In this document: one piece after another, positions 58,487 to 64,000 of the stretch
How positions within the stretch are numbered: the first letter of the stretch is position 1
Layout of the letters: each line of letters begins with the position of its first letter
DNA from: a virus
Taxonomy: Duplodnaviria; Caudoviricetes
Virus record (IMG/VR): IMGVR_UViG_3300037420_001376
Span: 8,329 to 72,328 of that record
Length of the DNA stretch: 64,000 nucleotides
Reading direction: 5' to 3' (one strand)
Position numbers and translations under genes: made by a program
Notes under the pieces: model-generated
What the model was told of the DNA's origin: nothing
The model's database searches: none
The model's input: the letters and a program-made list of their open reading frames with translations, nothing else

Positions 58487-59746
58487 TTACTTAGCTGCTG
58501 CTGCAGCACGCTTTCCACGTGGAGTGGTGACAGGAACACTGACTTTTTCAGCCTGGATTTGAGTAATAATATCCAGTGCTCGCAAATCCTCGTTCATAAA
58601 TGAACCCTTGGAGAAAGGATTCGCCATCTTATCAAAGTTCTTATCAATACGAACGTTGACCTTGGCTGCCACCTTTTCCTCTTCGGTTGCATCCTTTCCT
58701 GCATACTTGGAAGTAACCTTAATTCCCGACTCATGCTGCTGGAATGTATTCCACAGTTGCAAAATCTTTGCACGTGAATCCGGCAAATCCTTTACACGGT
58801 GATCATCAGTCCACATCTTAATCAGCTTTGCCTGAGTATTGAGCGCAGCCGTTTGAGCGTGAGTAGAAACGTTTTTAACCTTAAACTTCTCTCCCGTTTC
58901 ACTCAACATTTCTTTAACGGTTTCCTTTGGGCCGGGATCAGGGACCATTTTCTTAACCCACTGCGCAAATTCGTCGGTAGAAACTTCAATGTTTGCCAGC
59001 TCAGTAAGCCATGCATCCATTTGTTCTGCCTCTTGAGTCAGGATTCCCAGAACTGCCTTGGCGTCTGCCAAACGATTCGCAGAATTCTTGGTATGCCGCA
59101 GGACGAAATGTCCATCCTTTTCACCGGCACGAACCAACTCTGCGTTCAAAGTATTGTCGCAAACTGGCACACCATGAGTGCGAACATACTTTGTTGCAAG
59201 CGTCTGATCATAAGAAGTAACCACCGTCAAAATCGGTCGAAACTCCAAACCAGTTGCATCATTGCGCAGATTTTGAGGAACAGAGAATGAGGCAAACAAT
59301 CTCCTGCCCCACTTCAATTCTCCAAGAGATTCGCAACCAATGTTATCCCCGCCATCGAACAGCGCAGCAACATTTTGAATGAACACCTGCTGTGGGTTAT
59401 GGACGCCATAATCAATATTGGCAATGTCCAAAACCTTATCGGCGCCAATTTCCTCCCCTTCGGGAATACCGTTGACAATCCAGTCAGAACGACCAATGGC
59501 CTTAAATCGCGGGCAAGGGACAACATACTCTTGCCCGTTGATAACGAACTTGGCCAAAATTTCTACCGATTCCTCAGCATTCCAACCGAAGAAAGCTCGA
59601 AGCTCAGACAGAGGAATAAACCCCGGATAATGCGAAGGATTATCCTTATCCTCTAGACGAGCGTCATACCACCATGCATATCCCGTGGTATCAGCATTTC
59701 CCTTTTTCATCTTACGGTTGAGATATGCCATTGAATGATAGGACAT
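58487..59746 (-). CDS. DUF932-like phage/plasmid protein (about 419 aa)
   Basis: ESLGELKWGRRLF, TSYDQTLA, PVCDNTL motifs; AGGAG RBS before ATG 59746. Confidence 0.75.
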   Translation of the reverse strand: MSYHSMAYLNRKMKKGNADTTGYAWWYDARLEDKDNPSHYPGFIPLSELRAFFGWNAEESVEILAKFVINGQEYVVPCPRFKAIGRSDWIVNGIPEGEEIGADKVLDIANIDYGVHNPQQVFIQNVAALFDGGDNIGCESLGELKWGRRLFASFSVPQNLRNDATGLEFRPILTVVTSYDQTLATKYVRTHGVPVCDNTLNAELVRAGEKDGHFVLRHTKNSANRLADAKAVLGILTQEAEQMDAWLTELANIEVSTDEFAQWVKKMVPDPGPKETVKEMLSETGEKFKVKNVSTHAQTAALNTQAKLIKMWTDDHRVKDLPDSRAKILQLWNTFQQHESGIKVTSKYAGKDATEEEKVAAKVNVRIDKNFDKMANPFSKGSFMNEDLRALDIITQIQAEKVSVPVTTPRGKRAAAAAK

Positions 59747-59861
59747 TTTATTTCTCCTTTTTTCTCCAACCCAGACTTTCTGGGCTTGAGGTCTAACATC
59801 TTGAGCGTAGCACTCTGGGCTAGCCCAAGCAAGAGACAATATTCAATTGTAAGCTGTAACT

Positions 59862-60750
59862 CTATAGACTTGGCTCGTGCCAGTTCTTTGGGTCAGACAC
59901 CACCTTACGGGGAGGGTCTGACATGCCAAGCTGCTCACGACACATCTTGCAGCCCAGCCAAATCACATTGTTCTGCCCGATCCGATCATGATCATTCCAA
60001 AAGGCATGTTTTCCTATATAACCCTCTGGAGGTTCTTTTTCCTGCCATAAATAGCAACCGTCATCATTCTTTAATCCCCATACTATTTTTCTATGACTCA
60101 TGACGACGCTCTACCTTCGGGGTCCACTCCGTAATAAACCTTCCCAACCCAACCAGCCACATAACCATGAGGCAGATCAAACGTGGATTTATAATTTTCT
60201 TCATTAAACGGCACGTTACTTCCGCCACACAATTCCCACAATTTATCGCGTTGCTTTGTGGTCATGCGGTGATAACCATTAGCAAACTCCCAAGTTTCCT
60301 TTAACGGTTCGACACCTTCGCCACCATATTCATATAAAGCTTCTTGAACATCGTAAGCGTCGATTTCGTCTTTAACTGTAATGATAAAACGGTGACTCAT
60401 GCTGGCGTTACCTCCGCTTCGGGAAATCCTTGAAATACATAGGACTTCTGCCTGATATTTAATCCAACGATACTTCCATCGCCTCTAGTAGCCTTTCGGT
60501 TAGTGAGATAATCACGTATGACGCAAAAATCACTGCTAGTGGCACCAAAGTGTAAAGCTCCATTAGTAGCGATTTGGTTAAGCTTTTCACGTGGAATCTC
60601 CACTCCCTCTGGGCTAAATTCAAACAGATCAACCACAAGTTTTTCTCGTCGTCCAATTTTCCTGATTCTAACATGCACCTGCGATTGATCAACCCACTTG
60701 GACCAAATATCCAAAGTCTTCCCCAGTGATGAGAAGTTTTCTTGGGCCAT
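59862..60750 (-). CDS. Three small hypothetical genes (59862-60101, 60098-60400, 60397-60750)
   Basis: ATGA-coupled ORFs. Confidence 0.6.
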
Positions 60751-60771
60751 GGTGATACCTTTCTTTAGTTG

Positions 60772-60802
60772 AAAAAATAGACCCCGTATCTAACGGGGTC
60801 TA
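60772..60802 (-). terminator. Intrinsic terminator
   Basis: TAGACCCCGT / ACGGGGTCTA 10-bp stem followed by T6 on the minus strand. Confidence 0.8.
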
Positions 60803-60830
60803 GGGGGCATAGGTTACCTGTGAAGCTTCG

Positions 60831-60998
60831 TTAGCTCTCTTCTTGCTTCTCACGTTGAGCACGGGTCAGCTTGCGGGCACTTTTAATCATGCCGCGCTTG
60901 AGGGCAGTTTTACCTGATTTAACCGTCCCATCGCTTTTGTCTCGCTTCATCTCGACAATGCTAACTTTTCCATTCGGGGCACTGCACGGTCCCGGCAT
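60831..60998 (-). CDS. Small basic protein, 55 aa (not in track)
   Basis: AGAGGA RBS; MPGPCSAPNGKVSIVEMKRDK... Confidence 0.6.
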   Translation of the reverse strand: MPGPCSAPNGKVSIVEMKRDKSDGTVKSGKTALKRGMIKSARKLTRAQREKQEES

Positions 60999-61076
60999 TA
61001 CTATTTCCTCTCTGACTCGTTACTGGGCTTCACGAGTCATAGCACTGTGGCGGGCTTCGACACCCGCCACAGTCTC

Positions 61077-62887
61077 CTAACTTTGCTGCGCCTTCATTTC
61101 GCAGGCGATGGAATACGTAGAAATTTCTTCGGAGTTTTGAACTGCCCACTCATTTACATGCGGGGGAAACATTTCAAAATTCCCGTCTGTAAATGCACCT
61201 CGTATATGAATTTTGTACGACTCTTGTGAAGCGTACAAAAATGCAAATAGCGATTGTGACGCTTTGTCGAGATTGGGCAATTCATTCGGTCCACCAGAAA
61301 TATCGTTACCATCGTAACGCCATTTCTCGGTGATGATCGAATAGCTATATCGTGGCTTATAAGCTTCTGTCTTCGGGTCGTAGTCGCGACCCTCACACCA
61401 AACTTTTACCACAGAATCGCCATCAAAATCCGGAAACTCAAAAGTTCTGAGTTGCGGATAAATTGGCTCGCCTTCGATCTTCTTCTTTGGCAATTTCTCT
61501 CCTAATGCTGCGTGAATCTGGTTTGCCAAAGTATCTTTCTATGAAATCATCTGCAACGTCAGCCTCCCTTTCTGTTAGCCCCCATTGTGATGAGGTTCCA
61601 TCTTCCCATTCAATTACTAGTTTTGCCATGCCGTCTCATCTTTCTATTCGGCACAAAAACATTCTTTTCTCTGTTTGGCTTCTGGTACAAAGCATCCACC
61701 AAACGATTATCGCAAACCTTCGGGAGCTCTCTCATTTCTTTAAAATACCAAGCATGAGCAGGACAGCTCATATTCATCACATTATTCTCAAGATCGCATA
61801 TACAATCCATCAGTACGGCTCCTGTACTCGACCCATCGATGGCGACCACATACGTTCGTTGATCTTGAATTTTACATGCTCTCCGTCGATTGCGATACGC
61901 AATTTCTTGGCTCCCATAGCCACACCATTGCCACGCAACTCCATAATAAGTTTCTGCAACTCTTCACCATCAACGATAAACATTTGATCCATCACACAAT
62001 TCCTTTCGACCAGTATTTAATGCCAAGCTGCTTAAAAGCTGCTTCTGCGCCAGGGCCACCTAAAGGAATGGAACTGGCTGTCACAAAATCTTTGTCAGCA
62101 TCATAATAAACAAATGATTTGCGCACATCATTATGATATGAGCCATTTTTGTTTATCCATGCCACCATTAAACCCTTATTCATTTCTTTTTGCATAGGGT
62201 TTGTCTCAGTGATTTCCTCCAGAGAAGTCTCTGGAATCTTTTCACCGTTCCACTCGCCAATTTCATTCACCATTTTTCTCTGCCTCTCTGTACTGACGAG
62301 CCACGAAATTTTCGTGGTCAATGCCATTATCTTTCAGATAATTGTCTTGCTCTTCCAAATCATCTGCATCATCATAGGCTCTCATCATTAAACCTTCCCA
62401 TTAATGTTCTCGGGAGAAACCTTACGAACCTTACCGCTTCGATCCATTTTCACGTGCAGGTAAAAGCGACCAATTTTTTCAACCGTGCCGTAACGGTCGC
62501 CCATCATCCATGCATCTGTGGCGGGATGCAATTCCACTCGATCCTTAATTTTGAAATCTGAGAGCAACAAGTTTGTTTGGTCGCTCATTTTATCTTTGGC
62601 GTTGTCCATCATTTTGACTCCCTCTCAAACTTTTGATTCTCCAAGTAATTACCGCCCTTTAAAGAATAATTAGGGCAGGCATTATCAAGCATCCTATGCT
62701 TACCTAAGCGCTTACCACAATTTTTGCAGATTGTGGTAAATGGAAGCATTTTGGTGTGCTTCATTATTTCACCACCGAATATCCATAGGCCGCTGCTGCA
62801 AAAATTCCATAAGCAGCAACACCAACCCAGAAAAAAGTCATTTTGCAACTCCTGTGCGTAGGTAGCGAAACCTATTGGTTTCGCCAT
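61077..62887 (-). CDS. Cluster of small early genes (61077-61493, 61438-61629, 61610-61849, 61810-61995, 61992-62327, 62388-62612, 62609-62887)
   Basis: Co-directional ORFs; 62388-62612 has an HPATDAWMMGDRYGTV SH3-like pattern. Confidence 0.55.
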
Positions 62888-62946
62888 ACGCGCGCCATAG
62901 GTAACCTATCGCGAGCGCGCGAGAAAAATGTGTGAAACGCAGAAAT

Positions 62947-62972
62947 CCCCGACACCAATTAAGGTGCCGGGG
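62947..62972 (-). terminator. Hairpin terminator
   Basis: CCCCGGCACC / GGTGTCGGGG on the minus strand (one G-U), followed by ATTTCT. Confidence 0.6.
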
Positions 62973-62993
62973 AAATCCGGTATGCAATCGTCG

Positions 62994-63581
62994 TTAGACG
63001 ATTGTCTTGTTAAGGCCGAACGCTCCATTGGAGCGTTCCACGATCTGCACCAGCTTGCCACCAATCGAGAGAACGTCTCCGACGTTCACCTCGATTGCTG
63101 TAGCCTTGGCGATTTCCTCAACGGTTTCCGTTGAGGAATGATTCTCAGCAACCGTCGGTTGCTGACCGGCCAACATCGCCTGAATTGCTGCAAGCAGCAA
63201 TTCTTGGGTCAAACCGTTCTCAGCCTTCGGCTGACCCTTTTTGAAATTCCGGCCATTGCCGGAATTCTTTACTGGCATGGCCTTCAGCTTCGGAATCCAT
63301 TCCGAAGCTGTATCCTGGCTCAGCCGGTGAACCTCGACGTAATCGGTTCCGGTGGAACCGTTACGTCGGACGACGTTTTCGGTGCGAGAATCCAAGATTT
63401 CCTGAAAGGAAATCTGGCCACCGTCCATCGTGGGCACGATGGTGCCCAGATCGACCTGCTTGGAATTCAGCAGTCGAACAAGTTCGACAGCTGATCCAAC
63501 AGCGATTTGCTTTTGCAGCGGAGCTGCAATTTTGCCGTTTGCAATCAAAGATTGCAGTTGCTCGATAATAGAAGCAGACAT
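62994..63581 (-). CDS. Hypothetical protein (about 195 aa), GC-rich codons
   Basis: GAGG RBS before ATG 63581 (MSASIIEQLQ). Confidence 0.7.
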   Translation of the reverse strand: MSASIIEQLQSLIANGKIAAPLQKQIAVGSAVELVRLLNSKQVDLGTIVPTMDGGQISFQEILDSRTENVVRRNGSTGTDYVEVHRLSQDTASEWIPKLKAMPVKNSGNGRNFKKGQPKAENGLTQELLLAAIQAMLAGQQPTVAENHSSTETVEEIAKATAIEVNVGDVLSIGGKLVQIVERSNGAFGLNKTIV

Positions 63582-64000
63582 TTTTCTGACCTCACTGAAC
63601 GAAGAAGAGAACCAAGACAGGAACTCAACCCAGCGGTGCCGGGCTGACTTAACCAGACCATGTCCCGGCCAAATCCGCAAAAACGCCAGGTCAGAGCGGT
63701 GTTTAGCTGATCAAAATAAGGGCAGCCTAACCAGGGCTTTTTGCCTCGCGCGATATTACGCGCAAACAAAAGTCTTGATGGTTTTAACGCGCAGCCCTGT
63801 ATATGATCGCGCATTATGCATGAGAAAAATTTCGGCTTCTGTAATCGGCGCACGTTTTATTATTAAACGCACGCGCGCCGATTCGTATTACGCAGCCCTG
63901 ACAGGTACCTCAAATAAAAGACATTAGTCTATGATGGTGCTTCCATCTGGGATGGATTTGCAGTTTGCCAATTTTCATTCACTAGCGAGCGCGCTTCATC

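Overview
This 64-kb window is most of a lytic-looking, long-tailed siphovirus of Actinobacteria (mycobacteriophage/Gordonia-phage-like gene families) with low GC, roughly 42-45% by eye. Every credible protein gene is on the minus strand. From the right end leftwards (transcription order): small early genes, SNF2 helicase, Cas4-like nuclease/AAA ATPase/SSB recombination module, tRNA-Leu(UAA) and tRNA-Lys(UUU), DnaE-type polymerase, RuvC-like resolvase, primase-helicase followed by an iteron-like repeat cluster, terminase, portal, head, head-tail, tail, a 2393-aa tape measure and minor tail genes. No integrase, repressor or lysis cassette is visible in the window. Three things stand out. (1) A ~960-nt ORF-free region (35217-36206) looks like the only plus-strand transcription unit: promoter-like hexamers, dense hairpins with UUCG/GNRA loops and G-U pairs that work only on the + strand, an embedded degenerate tRNA-Pro with an AGG anticodon, and a terminator. 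It is a candidate giant structured ncRNA of the GOLLD/ROOL class. (2) An intact JAB/JAMM metalloprotease gene occupies the head module, where no conventional prohead protease is recognisable, and scaffold and major capsid share an identical PIFGGT motif at the end of N-terminal extensions, suggesting di-glycine-directed head maturation. (3) Eight paralogous, extremely basic proteins with two shared N-terminal motifs are inserted between portal and that protease. Product calls come from motif recognition by eye; no database searches were run.
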